Source: Lama guanicoe (Eukaryota). From it: a stretch of 64,000 bases of DNA. Of this stretch, positions 37,198 to 50,050 are shown piece by piece (the stretch's first letter is position 1; every line of letters starts with the position of its first letter). The notes under the pieces were generated by a model. The model did not search any database. It was not told where the DNA came from and saw only the letters and a program-made list of their open reading frames with translations. The stretch spans positions 4,167,101 to 4,231,100 of the forward strand of contig MU057202.1 in the NCBI GenBank assembly GCA_013239625.1. Direction: 5' to 3'. The translations under genes were made by a program, and so were the position numbers.

Positions 37198-40117
37198 CAG
37201 GCTAAACAAAAGCTGGATACCTGGCAGACACCATGATAGCAGTTATTTGCTTTTGCTTTTGTTTTTGTTTTCCCCCTTGTCATTTTTGTGTACGCTAAAA
37301 TACCCTTTGGAAATTTTAATTGAAAGTGTAGTTGACTTGTTACGTGGGAAAGGAGGTATTTTTCTGGTTTGTCCCAGCTTTCTAGGACTGTTCAGGCCGC
37401 CTGATCCTTAGATTGTACTTGAAAGAAATGGGGTCCTTAGACGGCAGACGAGTGTGTCCTGCGTCAGACCTGTCTCCCCCAGGCTGGGGGCTTCAGGGGT
37501 GCTTATGGGCCTGGACTTGTGTAGTTTGAACTGTTACTGCTTCACATGCACATGTTACAGGAAGAGGCTTGCGGACTGGACTCAGTCATCTAGTTTGTGG
37601 GCCCCAGGTGTCCTGAGGAGAGGGGCTTCTGCCTGAGAGCAAGTGACATGAGTGCCAGTCTCTCATCACTTTGTTACTTTCTTTCCGCCACTTGTGTGGA
37701 AAGGTGGCTGTCACTCTGAGAGCGCAGGTCTGGAGCCAGCAAAGTGGAATGTGAGGAAGTTCGCAAGTGCCTGAACTACTACTCAGCAGTGTCTGTAGAG
37801 GGCCAGTTACAGAGGTGCTGGTTTCAGCAGGAGCATACGAAGTGTCACTTCCTTAAAAGTAACCCTCCTGGGTCACACCAGGCACGTGTGCACCAGTCAC
37901 TTGTGGTTTCGTAGAGAGTTAAAGAAACTGGTTTACAGCTTCCTTCTTGTCTGGAAATGTCTAGTGATGGGGGCCTGCGGTCTCCACCACCCTTGCCGTG
38001 CCCGGATCCCTGGAGGGTGCTGCAGGCTTCCCTCCCGCCCTTCAGAAGGGGATGCTCTCTGGGGTCAGCTCTGCCCCTCACCGCCCCCAGCCTCTTCCTT
38101 TCCATTCCCTGTTTATCTCCACAAAGCACCAGTGTTAGGAAAGCTGTATGTTGGAAGGCTGTTTAATGTGCTCTGACTCTTTCTTCTCTGGAAAGTTACA
38201 TGATAGTTTTCTGAGATCATAGTTTTTCTCTTAGAAGCTGGTGGACTGAAGGATGCTGGGCCTGGAGCAGATGGAGGCAGGAGAGGAGGGGAGTGGGACG
38301 ACTTTGCCTGGTGGAAACAGATGCAGAGGGTTTGTGCGTCTGAGGACCAGTCCCACCGTCCTGTCACCCTCCCAAGGAAGCAGTCACTCCAAGCTCAGGC
38401 TTTGTACAGCTTTTCTGCTGTTTTGGAGCAATGATTTTAATTTGTAAAAACATGAAGATTTCTGTCTGAATTTTTAAAGCCCCAGGTAAGAGTAACCTGA
38501 GGAATGATGGCTCCACGGGCAGGGCTCTTGGTGGGCACTCTGCTTCTCCTGGGTGGTCTGGGGAGCTCAGACACTGCAGAAGTCTTTCCTCCCGAGGGCT
38601 GACTTTGGTTGTGCACCGGGGGCCATGTGGCGGAGTGTCAGGAGGGAGGGTTTGGATGACTTCTCTCACTTCTATAAAGGGAGTGGCCATGTTTGCGAAG
38701 GAACCACCCTCATTTAACTATGAAATGCTTCATGTTTGCTTTTTCCACAGGGAGAGGTGTCCTGGGGTGACAAGGATTTCCGCAGTCTGGCCGTTTTAGG
38801 GGCAGGTGTTGCCATGGGATTTTTCTACTTCTATTTTTGAGACCCTGGGAAAGAAACCAGCTGGAAGCACTTTCTGCGGTATCACCTGGTGAGAGGTCTG
38901 GTGAGGCGACTCTGTGCTCTGTCTACACACCTGTGGTGGTGGCCCATCCCTGTGGTCTGTCAACCTCGGGGTGGAGACAAGACACAGTTTTACTTCTTCC
39001 GCTAACTGCCCTGCCGAGCTCTCACACCCACTTTCCTGCTGGTTGGAGGCCCCTTTAACGTCATGGCCTGACTTCATCTTTCATTAGCTTTAGCTTCTAA
39101 GACTTAGTTCTGTTTGTTTATTTATCTTTAAATTTCAGTCTCATGTCTGAATCAGAACGCTCCCCCTCTTGGTGCACCTCTGCTCCGCTCGCTGGCCCCA
39201 GACCCTGAGGGCAAGCACTGTCAGCCCTGGGCTTTGTGTCACAGCAGCAGAGGGCCCCCCCCCCCGCTTGTCCTGCAGGACTCTCAGGCTTGAGTGCAGA
39301 CTCTTCACAAGTGCAGAGGACTCATTCCCCCGTTGCCCTAAATAACCACTTATAAGGTGAGGCTTCCTTCTGTGTGACGATGTCGGCAGAAAACTGTTGT
39401 TTACCACTGTGTTGTCTGTCACAAGTCTGTCCTCAGAGAGCCCCTTGGTGATGCTCCCTACGTGGTGGGGGGAGGGCTGCTACAGCCCCTCTCTGCCAGG
39501 GACCTGCCACCTGCAGATGCGGCTGTGCAGAGGTTGAGACGGGTGTCTTCCTGTACCCGCATTCTGGACAGATGCCAGAGTTTCCTCGAGGGTCTGTGTG
39601 GCTGACAGTCACATGCTTGTTCCACACTCGGCCTGGAGCACGTGAAGTTGAAGTGTTCCCTCCCCAGCCCACCTGACTCAGCCCTGCGGTGTCCAGTGGG
39701 AGCTGCCTCTGGCCTGGCTCAGACCAAGGACCAGATCCTCCTGACTTAGGGGCACTTCTGTGTAGACTGGGAAAGTCCAGGTGTGAATGTGAATCTGTGT
39801 TCTCTCCAGCCATGCCCCCCACCCCCTACCCACTTGTCTGAGAAGACCCCTGATAACATCCCAGGGTGTCAAAGAAGTAAGATAGTTTTCACAGCCACCC
39901 CTGAGCCTGGGGGCACTTCCAGAGCCATGGCCTGGAACAGATGCTCTCTTGTGAAGGGCTTAATTGGGAACAAAAAACTACAGTTCCCAAAACTTCAGTA
40001 GCATTCTTTGTTTTAAAGCAGCTTTGTTGGTTTTCAAAAATTTGATAACAGAAATTTTCGGAAATAAGTAAAAACATTAAGAAGGAAGTCACCATCCCAT
40101 GCTAACCCAGGCGGGCC

Positions 40118-40145
40118 GTGTGTGTGTGTGTGTGTGTGTGTGTGT
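40118..40145. repeat. (TG)n microsatellite
   Basis: Read directly from the sequence. Confidence 0.95.
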
Positions 40146-41886
40146 CTGAAAGCATACCTGTGGCCCACTGCACGCTCAGGCGGTGGTGCACTGCGTTGGA
40201 TAAAGTGTGCCAGGTCAGCTGGGCAGCGATTCAGGCTGTCCAAGATCTCAGTGTAATGGGGACAGTGAGGGTGCCCCCACCCTCGTCTCACCAACATGAA
40301 GGCTGGAGGGGCCTTGCTGTCTGGGGATTGTGTGTTGCAGAGGAGAAGCTGGGATGTGCCAGGTGCTTTGAGACCTCTCTATGCCAGGTGTTATGGCTGT
40401 ATTACAGACATGTTCAGGAGTCTGTTGTAGTGGTTGTGGTGGTGGTGAGTCTCCACACTTAGGACTGTGTCCTCATTGTCCAATCCTGGGCCCTCCTGTC
40501 ATTTCCACAAGCAGCTGTGTTGTAGTGGTCAAGACGGTATAGACAGGAGGCGGACGAGGTGGTGTAGGCACAGCCTTTGCCGTGTCTGATGCGCCCTTGG
40601 AGGGCTTGTGGGCTCCAGACGGCAGGTGGGCGGGTGACAGAGGGCTGCACGTTCATTTTGTTGGCATGCCCCTGACTGGATGGACAGGATGTTCCCAAAT
40701 CAGCTCTTCTTTCAATGTAAGCTCTTTTCAGTTTGTGTTCCTTTTGGATTTTCAAGCCAGTTTAGAAGCTTAGTGCTCAGTGTACCAAATTATAATTCCT
40801 CTTCTTGAATTGGTTCCTGTTTATTAAAATAATCCCAAGCTAAAAATGTCCCTGCTAGTGCAATACAAAGCCAAGGCCTGTCTGCAGAGTGTGTGCTGCT
40901 CCCAGAGCCAGGGCGCCTGTGTGTGTGGATGTCTGAGGACCGAGGCCCGTGCCATGCTGACAGGTGTCCTGCTTGTAACTCGGCTGCTGTGACTGGTTTT
41001 CTCTTTTCTAGGTGGACCGGCTGGAAGTCATGAACACACAGTTTGTGCGTGTGATTCCTGCCCCTGGGACATCATCCGAGGTGAGGGGTGGGCTCAGGGC
41101 TGGGTGTTCCAGACATAGCTTTGGTATTTAGTGTAAGATGTAGTTTTATGTTTTTTTAGAGAGATGCCTCGCTGAGTTTCAGTATCCAGCACCCACCTGT
41201 GTTAATGTGCTCCTTGACTTTGTTGACACATCATATAGCACAGGACCCCTTATAAAACTGTAGCTGTGATTTCAGTGTTTTAAGTAGCATGTAAGAGCCA
41301 CGAGCCAAGATTTGGGATGAGAGAAAGATGGGGTGAGGAAGTGAGGAGGCAAGCAGGTGTCAGTAGTCGATGGGCATTTTGTATGTTGACCTGACGCCTG
41401 AGCCTGTGCTTTGGGGGCCGGGACAGCAGGGCCTTCAGAGCTGCTCAGGGCTTCGCTGGGAGAGGAGCTGGTGAGGGAGGTGGCGGCCCTGGGTGGGGGC
41501 CACCTTAGGTGCCTCAGTCTCTGCAGAAGTTCGTATGGTTCAGCATCGGCAGTGTGGATGCCTTTGAGCGGAACCTGGAGACTGCTCACTGGGAGCTGGG
41601 CATCAAGACCCCCAACCGGATGGCCGTGGTCTATACCACTGAGAGCGATGAGAGGGCCAGGGTGCAGTCCAGGGCCTCTGGCTCTGAACACAGAACAGTT
41701 TAGTGCTTAACCTATTTTGGAGGGTGCATCCTTCCAGCCAGTTACAGGCATCTGCTAATAGTTATAATGTCTGTAGTGAAGAATCAGTTTGTTAGCTGTT
41801 TTTATTGAGGAAGGGCTTGGTCAGGGAAAAGTTTAGCCTTAGAAAAGTGCTGCAGTGCCTGCGGGACAGATGCTGACACATGTTAG

Positions 41887-42300
<414 letters not shown>

Positions 42301-43614
42301 TGAGCTTCGTTCTGGTTTGTTGTTGACAGCTTAGCCTTTTGTGACTTTGGTCCATCGCAGTGGGGAGAGGAAACAGCGTTTGCAGAGTAGAGCAGTGAAA
42401 ATCCTCTCATCTGATGCGCTCGAGACCACAGTGAGGTGACTGTTCTAAAGTATGAAACTGGAATCACAGGAACAGTACATGTCTACCTGGAGTGTGTTTA
42501 TTTCCACTCCAGGCACAAATGTGTGTTTTTGCTTGGTGTCTTGGAGGGCAGGCCTTCCTTTGAGTTTGGCACCCTATTCAAACCCTCTGTTACATTTCTT
42601 GCATAAACCACTTACCGTCTGTGGTTGTGATTTTCATTCAAGTACAGAGTCCTGTGTTTTTATGACAGTCTTTCACGTTTTCTTATTTGTTCAGTTTGGC
42701 AGCCTTGTTTTTTTTTTTTAATGCAGTTTGCTTTTTTGCTTTATTATCCAAAGCCTTCAGCTTTGTTTTTGAAGGAACCGCTTTCTTTACTCCTATTTTA
42801 CTAACTTATGTGGTATTAAAGTACATAATTAAAACAACAAGCACTGCCCTTGTAAACAGGTCTGGGACCAGATGCAGCTGCCTCTTGGGAAGCCCTTGAC
42901 CCAGCAGGTGGAGCAGGCATGCACTGTGGCTGCAGGTCAGGTGTGGCACAGGGAAACGGGGGCTCGGGGGTGGACCTCTGAGGGCCCGGCAGAAGCTGTG
43001 AGTCCTTTTCCCAGAAAGATTTGTGTCTCACAGGAAGTAGATTCACAGATCCCTCGAGGCATCCCTGGGCTCTGGACCAGGCTGAGAGCCCTCCTGGTAT
43101 AGACCGTCCTCACCCCACAGAGCTTCCCCAACATGGTCCCTGCAGGGAGGGTACTGCCGACACCTTACTCTGAACAACAATAGAAGATGACTGACCATTG
43201 GGGATTAGAGGGCTGGAGGCATGTGTTTCTGCCTGACAACCTGGTGAGAGCTGGCTGGAAAGCTCACGAGTGTGGCCGGTGCACAAACCGCCTTCTGCTC
43301 CTGTTGGAGCTGCACCAGCAGGGAGCCCAGCTGTCGCTCACCTTGGCTTAACAGGCAGGTGCTGCTGGGGGTGCTTCTGTGTGCCTTTTCAGGAATTTTT
43401 TCTGGGGCTTGTGTTTCCTGGGAAAGCATGTGTGGGTAAACAGTGGGCGTGGCACAGGCAGGTGACAGAAGACCCTCTCGTGTGGAGGGAGGGCACTCTG
43501 TCAAGTCTGCCTGGTGGTGAGGACGCTGGGGCCTGAGTGACTTCCCAGCTCCTGCTGGGTGTGATCTGCAGTAAACGTGGGCACAGGGACCCTGGGTCCA
43601 CTGCCTCCTGTCTT

Positions 43615-43746
43615 TTTGTTTGTTTTTGTCTTTTTTGGGGGTGGGTAATTAGGTTTATTTATTTATTTATTTAATGGAGGTACTGTGATTGAACCCAGGA
43701 CCTTGTGCATGCTCAGCAGCTCTCCACCACTGAGCTCTGCCCCCCC
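43615..43746 (-). mobile_element. tRNA-derived SINE (Vic-1-like) with a perfect 17-bp TSD
   Basis: Same family as above; CCACTGCCTCCTGTCTT at 43598-43614 and 43747-43763. Confidence 0.88.
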
Positions 43747-46700
43747 CCACTGCCTCCTGTCTTGAAGAGACTGGCAGGGATGGAGCGTGAAGACCCTGTG
43801 CATGGTGGGCTGTGACACCTCCATGAACCCCACCTCCCCATTCACAAGACATGGGGCCCCAGCACCTGTGTGTTGAGTTGTGGCTCCCTCCTCCCCCACT
43901 TTACATATTTTGTTTCTGTTCTTAAAGACTTAAAAAAATTACTTTATGGTCTCTTTTGAAATAATTAGATATTAACCCACAGCACTGACTGGAAATAAAG
44001 CAACATAAGCCCCCCTTTAAGTCTCTCCTCAGTTTCCAGGCATAATGGTGTCCACAGAAGGAGCACTAAAGTGTGTTACTAGGGCATGAATTGTGATTCT
44101 AACCCTCAAGTCAGTGCAGAGGAGGGCAGGCCATAGACAAGGAAGCACAGCAGTGGTGGCCACACAGCTGCTGCCTTCCTGCTGCCTTGGGGCCAGCTGG
44201 ACAGAGTCTCTGTGGCCACAGTATACACCACACCCTGTGACCCAGCTAGTCCTGCCTGGGAGCGTTTCCTGAAGAAATAACGTGCTCAGCTGTGGGGAGA
44301 GGGCACAGGGGGCTTTGTGTGTCTGCACCATCTGAACGTTTTACCATGAAACAGTAAACCGGTTTTACTGTGAACACGCATTCATCTCACAAGCAGAAAA
44401 TGTTAAACGGAAAGCATACCTCAGTCTGCCAGCACGGCGCACTCTTAGAAGGCATCCTTGGAGGGCGCCTGCTTCAGTGGGAGGGGGCGCTCTGCTCCCT
44501 CTGGCTCCATCCGTCCCCTTAAGAACCAGGTGTCACCTTTTTGTTCCAGGGAGCCATGCTCACAGGTCCTCCTGGTGCTGGCAAAACTTCTCACCAAGGT
44601 GACTGCGGGGGAGGCCAGTGTGCCTGTCATCACTGTGAATGGGTCAGAGTTCTTGAAAGTGTTTGTGGGCGTTGGGCCAGCTTGGGTAGGTGGATGCGCC
44701 CTATCCCTGCCCCGGGTCTGTGAGGGGCCCTGGCGGTGGGCACCAAGCAGACCACAGATGTGCAGGGGAGACCCAGGTGGGCAGACAGCAGCTGAGGTGG
44801 GTCAGGTTCCAGAAGAGGGGGCTCAAGTTGGTAGATTCTTCTTCCTGTCTTTGTGCCGGTAACAGAGTAGACTCTGTGGTGGACTCCTGTTTCAGGTTTG
44901 TGACATGTTTGTGATGGCCTGAAAAATGTCTCTTGTATCTTATTCATTGATGAGATGGGTGCAATTTGCAGGAAATGAGGCTGCAGGCACTTTGGTTGCC
45001 AGAGCGAGCAGGAGAACACCTTGAACCAGATGCTGGTGGAGATGGATGGTGAGACCCCACATTACCGTCTGCCAGGCCTTCATTTCTGTGCAGTAGCTCC
45101 CTGGGCGAGAACCCCTGATTGTTCTGTTTGAGAAAGGCTGTTTTCAGGCACACGTACTGGAGAGAGCTGTTCGGTTTCACACAGGCCCCACTGTCAGCAG
45201 GAGGACCAGGCGTTGGTGCCCTCCCTGGCCCGGGGCTCACAGGTGCCCTGGCTGCCTCTTGCACCAAAATCTCTCTCCTCTCTCCCCCTCGAGACTTGTG
45301 CTCAGAGAGGCTCCAGCCGAGTCTGACAGCCTGCCAGGACTGCTGACGCCTCCCGGGAAGTGTCTAGGCCTTCGTGCCAGTTTTTGAATTTTGGAAAGCT
45401 GTCTGCGGTCCTTTGGCAGATCTTGTCCTCTCTTCATCTTTGTAACTGTGTTGGGGTTCGCGAGATTACTCCTGGTTTGGTGATCCACTGGAAGGCCTCC
45501 GTGTTTAATTGTGTTCGTACTGTGGTTGACTTCAGTGACAGGACACAGGAGAATCACGGGGAAGAGGTGCCTGGGCCAGGCCCAGGGAAGCCGGCCACAG
45601 CTTCCAGAGGCCCTTCCTATGGAGTCTCAGGGCACACTTCCTCCCCTGGCAGCGGGCCAGATGCCACTCGGGAGTGCTGTCCGCCAGGGTCAGGTTTCCC
45701 AAGGGGGTTGGGTCATGCGGCGCCCTGCGCCAGCACATCCCGAGGGGGAAGGTGCGTGCTTGGTGTGAAGCACACTGTTTGCAGAGTGTAGACACAGGGG
45801 GCCCCACTTACCAGGGAGCAATGGAGACCCTCCTTAAATCCCGGGTCCCAGAGATGGTCGGGGGCCCTGTGAGCAGGCCTTGCCAAAGATGTGCTGGATG
45901 GGACTGCCGTGTGTGCTTTTCTGAACAGGCCAGAATGTTGCTCAAGTCTTCAGTTGTATTGAGTATCCAACAGTCATTCTAATTAAGCTGTTACTGTGTC
46001 CTGATGTCTGGAGGGGCTGATGGGAGGGACAGTTGGAGGGGAAGGAGGTTGGGAGCACTTCCTCTCCCCTGGCCCTGCCAGGTGCCCCGTTCTCCTTTGT
46101 ACGGCCATACCTGCCCCTGTCCCGTCTGGCTCCCTGGTCTGCAAGCCTTTCAGCACCTGGGTGATCCAGGGCACTGACAGTGGTAGGGGGAGGTCTCCCT
46201 GACCCCTGCAGGTTGTCGCGTGGTGTCAGAGGCTGGCAGGAACCAATAATGAGTTAGGATGGGGGTCCACACCCTGAGACTGGGCTGTGGGGGTCCCAGT
46301 TAGCTGAGGAATGGCTGGTTACCCACCAGTGCAGATGCCTCTCAGAGCAGTGGGGGACTGTGGGGGCCTAGCTGCTGGTTCCTGCGTGGCAGAGTGGGTG
46401 TCAGAGCCAGCCCTGGGTGTGAGTGTCTGCCCCACACTGAGCAGCCTGTGCAGTGTGCTGTGGAGCCAGTGGGAGGAGACGCAGAGCCAGCGTGGGGCTT
46501 CCCAGGGTGGGCAGTGGTTCTGGAAGTTCGGGCCAGGTGTGCAGGGGAGAGCAGGGGAGAGGAGAGGCCCCTCGGAGTGTGGTGCTGACCTGACAGGTGC
46601 CGACCGCACCCTCTCCTCGGCCTTACCTGCTCCTCTTGCGTCCAGGGTTCAACTCGGCCAACGACGTCATGGTGCTGGGCCGGCACCAACTGGCCTGGTG

Positions 46701-47979
46701 TTCTCGACCCGGCCAGTTTGACTGCCAGATTTACATTGGTGAGTGTGCTGGCCACCCGGTGCTCCAGCTTGGGGTTTCATTTGGGTTTGGGTGAAAAATT
46801 TAGATAGATCATTAGATGTGTATTTGGAGGAGATTTTTGATTGAGGTCCTAAAGCAGTTAATACAGTGTTTTGAAACAACGGAGGTACATGTGTGCCCCC
46901 TACTTGTGGAAAGAACAGATGTGGCTGGCCCCGCAGGAAGGCCACTGCAGTCCATGCAGCTGGGAGCAACGTGACGGACGTAGAGTTTTCAGCTTTTGTT
47001 CTTCATGCGCTGTTACAAAACCTTAAAGGGCAGTTTGCAAGGGGAGGGTTCACTGTGGCCCTTTCCACTGAGGAAACGTCGGTCCTGCAGCCTACATCTG
47101 CTCATGGTTGGGTCCCGGTCCCGGGAATAGGTTTGCTGTAGGCCAGAGGCTGCACCATCCGGAAGGTGTTTTAATGTGTTGAAAAGCTGAGTGACCACCA
47201 TGACCCGTGGTTCACTTCTGCCCTGGCCCTAGTCGGGCAGCCAAGTGTGCAGTGCAGACACACGGGTGGTGCCCAGAACCCCAGACTGCCCTCACAGCCT
47301 TTGTGAAGTGGCTGCAGGTGACCCTCACCTGGCCGTCTGTGCCTCTGTCTCTCTCTGTTAGGCCCCTCTGACGTCAAAGGCAGGGCCTCTGTTTTCAAGG
47401 TCCACCTGTGTCCACTCAAGTTGGATGAGAGCCTCAGCAGGGACGCCCTGGCTGTGTTGTCATGGTGCCACTCTTGTCTTTAGAAAGTTGACTCTGTTGG
47501 GACATGTCAGCGGTCTCAAGAGATTATTACCCCAAAGCTAATTTGTACTTGTTTGAATTTCTGGTTTAATTCTGTTTAGACTTGATACGTTTTTGTTGCA
47601 GAGATCAGACTGACATCTGAGGGCAGACAAGTAAGGTGAAGAGGTTGCCGTGCGTTTTTTAGTCTTGGGCTTGCCCTCCCACCTGTGGGCTCCCTTTGCC
47701 TTTCTCTCTTCTTTGTAATCAAAACCCAAGAGTTTACACTGGGGAACTTGTTTCCCTACCAGAGTGGTTTAAACATCAGGAGTTCACAGCTTTTCCAGGG
47801 GCTCCTGTCCATCGTACACCTCCTCAGCAGCCAGGGGGCTTTGCAGGCCTCATGGTTACCATGGCAAGCCGCTGGCCGCTGCCCCTGCCCCTCTGGGAAC
47901 ATGATGTGGTGGTGCCTCAGCCCTCCAGCCACCACGGCCTCCATCTCCTCAGTGTCCTGCCCAGGGAAGAAGTAATGGA

Positions 47980-50050
47980 TGAGCACTTCCCAAGCGGGAT
48001 AAAAGACATGAGTCTACACATCCAAGAAGTTCAGGGAACTCCAAGTAGGGATGGAGCCAGAGACATCCATACTGAGACGTACTGTAATCCACACTGGTCA
48101 GAAGCGAAGAGGAGCTCTTAAAACCAGCAGGAGAGGAGGGACATGTCATGTACAAGGGTCTTCAGTGAGGTTAACATCTGATTTCTCATTGGAAACCATG
48201 GAGGCCAGAAGGCAGAGGATCTGGCGAAACTCTTTTTCAATGATGAAGGAGAAATTAAGGCATTTCCAGATACTTTTAGGAGTTGAGAGAGCTTGTTATA
48301 TTTAAACCTGCCCTACAAGAATCATTAGAGAGCCCTTCAGGCTGAAGTGAGTGAGCCAGTAACTTGAGGCTGTGAGGCAAAATAAAGGTCACTGGTAGAG
48401 GCTGGTAAATAGAAAGGCTGGCGTGGTGGTCTTTTTGGTTTGTAACTCCTCTTTTTCTCTCTTTATGGCTTGAAGGACAAGTGCATAAAACCATAATTAC
48501 AAGTCTGTTAATGGGTGCATGATGTAAAAAGATGTAACCTGAGACAGCGTCAACATAAAGCTGGAAGGAGATGTGTAGGAGCAGAACGTTTGTATTATTA
48601 AAGCTAGAGATGGGAAAGCTGATCTTAAAACTCACGTGGAACTGCCAGGGGACCAAGTAGCCAACAGCATCTCGTGAAAGAGCAGAGTTGGAAGACTCAC
48701 ACTCCCTTTATTCAGAGCTTCCTGTGAAACTCCAGTAGCCAGAACAGGCAAGAGGGTAGACGTGGACCGATAGAGTAAAATTAAGAGGCCAGATAGAGTC
48801 TCTGGTCCGTCGTTTCTGTCAAGTATATAAAGACCATTTGCCGGGGAAGGAAGAGTCTGCTCGACCGAAAGTGCTTGGACAGTGATCTCCACAAGCAAAG
48901 ACGGAAACTGGACCTCAGGCTGTGTGCAGAGGTCAAGTCAAAGTGGCGAAGAGGCCTGAGGTTTGGAGCTAAAACTATGAAGGTCTTAGAAGGAAACAAG
49001 GGAGAAGGTCTTCGTGGCCTTGGATTTGTCAGTGGCTTCTTAAATCACAAGCAGCAAGTGAAAGAGCAAATTGCACTTCCTGAAAGTTAAAATCTTTTGT
49101 GTATCAAGGGACATTATTGAGGGAATGAAAAGACGGCCTACAGAATGGAAGAAAATATTTGGAAATTATGCATCTCGTAAGGGCCTAGAATCCAGAATTT
49201 GCAAAGAACCCAGTTTAAAAGTGGGCAAAGGATTTGAATAGACACTTTTCCAAAGAAGAAATACAGATAGCCAGAAAGGACATGAAAAGATGCTCAGTGT
49301 TATTAGTCATTAAGGAAATGCATCTCAAAACCGCAAGATCCCACTTGACACCCTCCAGGATGGCCACGAAAGACAGACAGACGGAAGAGCTGGCAGGGTG
49401 TAGGCAGGTGGGAACCCTCCCTGTTGGTGGGATGTAAGATGGTATGTCTGTGGAGATCAGCGTGGCAGTCCTTCAAGAAGCGAGATGCAGTTGCTGTATG
49501 ACCCCAGTTCCACTTGGGCATCTACCTAAGAGAATTAAAATCATTTCTCCACACAAAGACTGGTACATGGGCATTCACAGCAGCATTATTCATAAGGTAG
49601 GTACCACCACAGTTTCCATCAGGGCATGACCTGCAGATGCAGAGGGCCAGTGGTACCACACTGTTTTGTACAAGGGGCTTGGGTGTCCGTGGATTTTAGT
49701 GTCTTCTTGTGGATACCTTGGGACAGCTGTACTTGGAACATTATTCAGCTGTAGAAAGGACTGAAGTACTGATTGGTGCTGCAATGCTGGAGGAACCTCA
49801 CAGTATTTTGCAGGTGAAAGAAATGGACACAAAAGACTACATATTGTATGATTCCTTTTCTGTGAAACTTCCACAGACGGAAAGTAGATTAGTGGTTGGC
49901 GGGGGTGGGTACGAGAATTAACCACATAAGTGCCAGGAATGTCTAGAATGAGATTAGGGCAGTAGTTGCACATCTTGATAAATGTACTAAAAGTCTTTGA
50001 AATAGACCCTTAAAATGAGTAGATTGTACATTAAATAAGTTACTCCTCAA
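47980..50050 (+). mobile_element. Degenerate L1 (ORF1/ORF2/3'UTR fragments) in AFG3L1P intron 12
   Basis: ORF2 C-terminal remnant [28 protein letters not shown] (49234 onward); L1M-type 3'UTR motifs (atattgtatgattcc, agattagtggtt). Confidence 0.75.
49625..49730. mobile_element. Tigger-derived MITE fragment (MER2-like) nested in the L1
   Basis: tccgtggattttagtgtc..gtggataccttgggacagctgta resembles the MER2 end followed by TA. Confidence 0.45.

Noticed and set aside
44351-44371. Near-palindrome ACAGTAAACCGGTTTTACTGT
   Set aside because: Single short intronic hairpin with no supporting context; likely chance.
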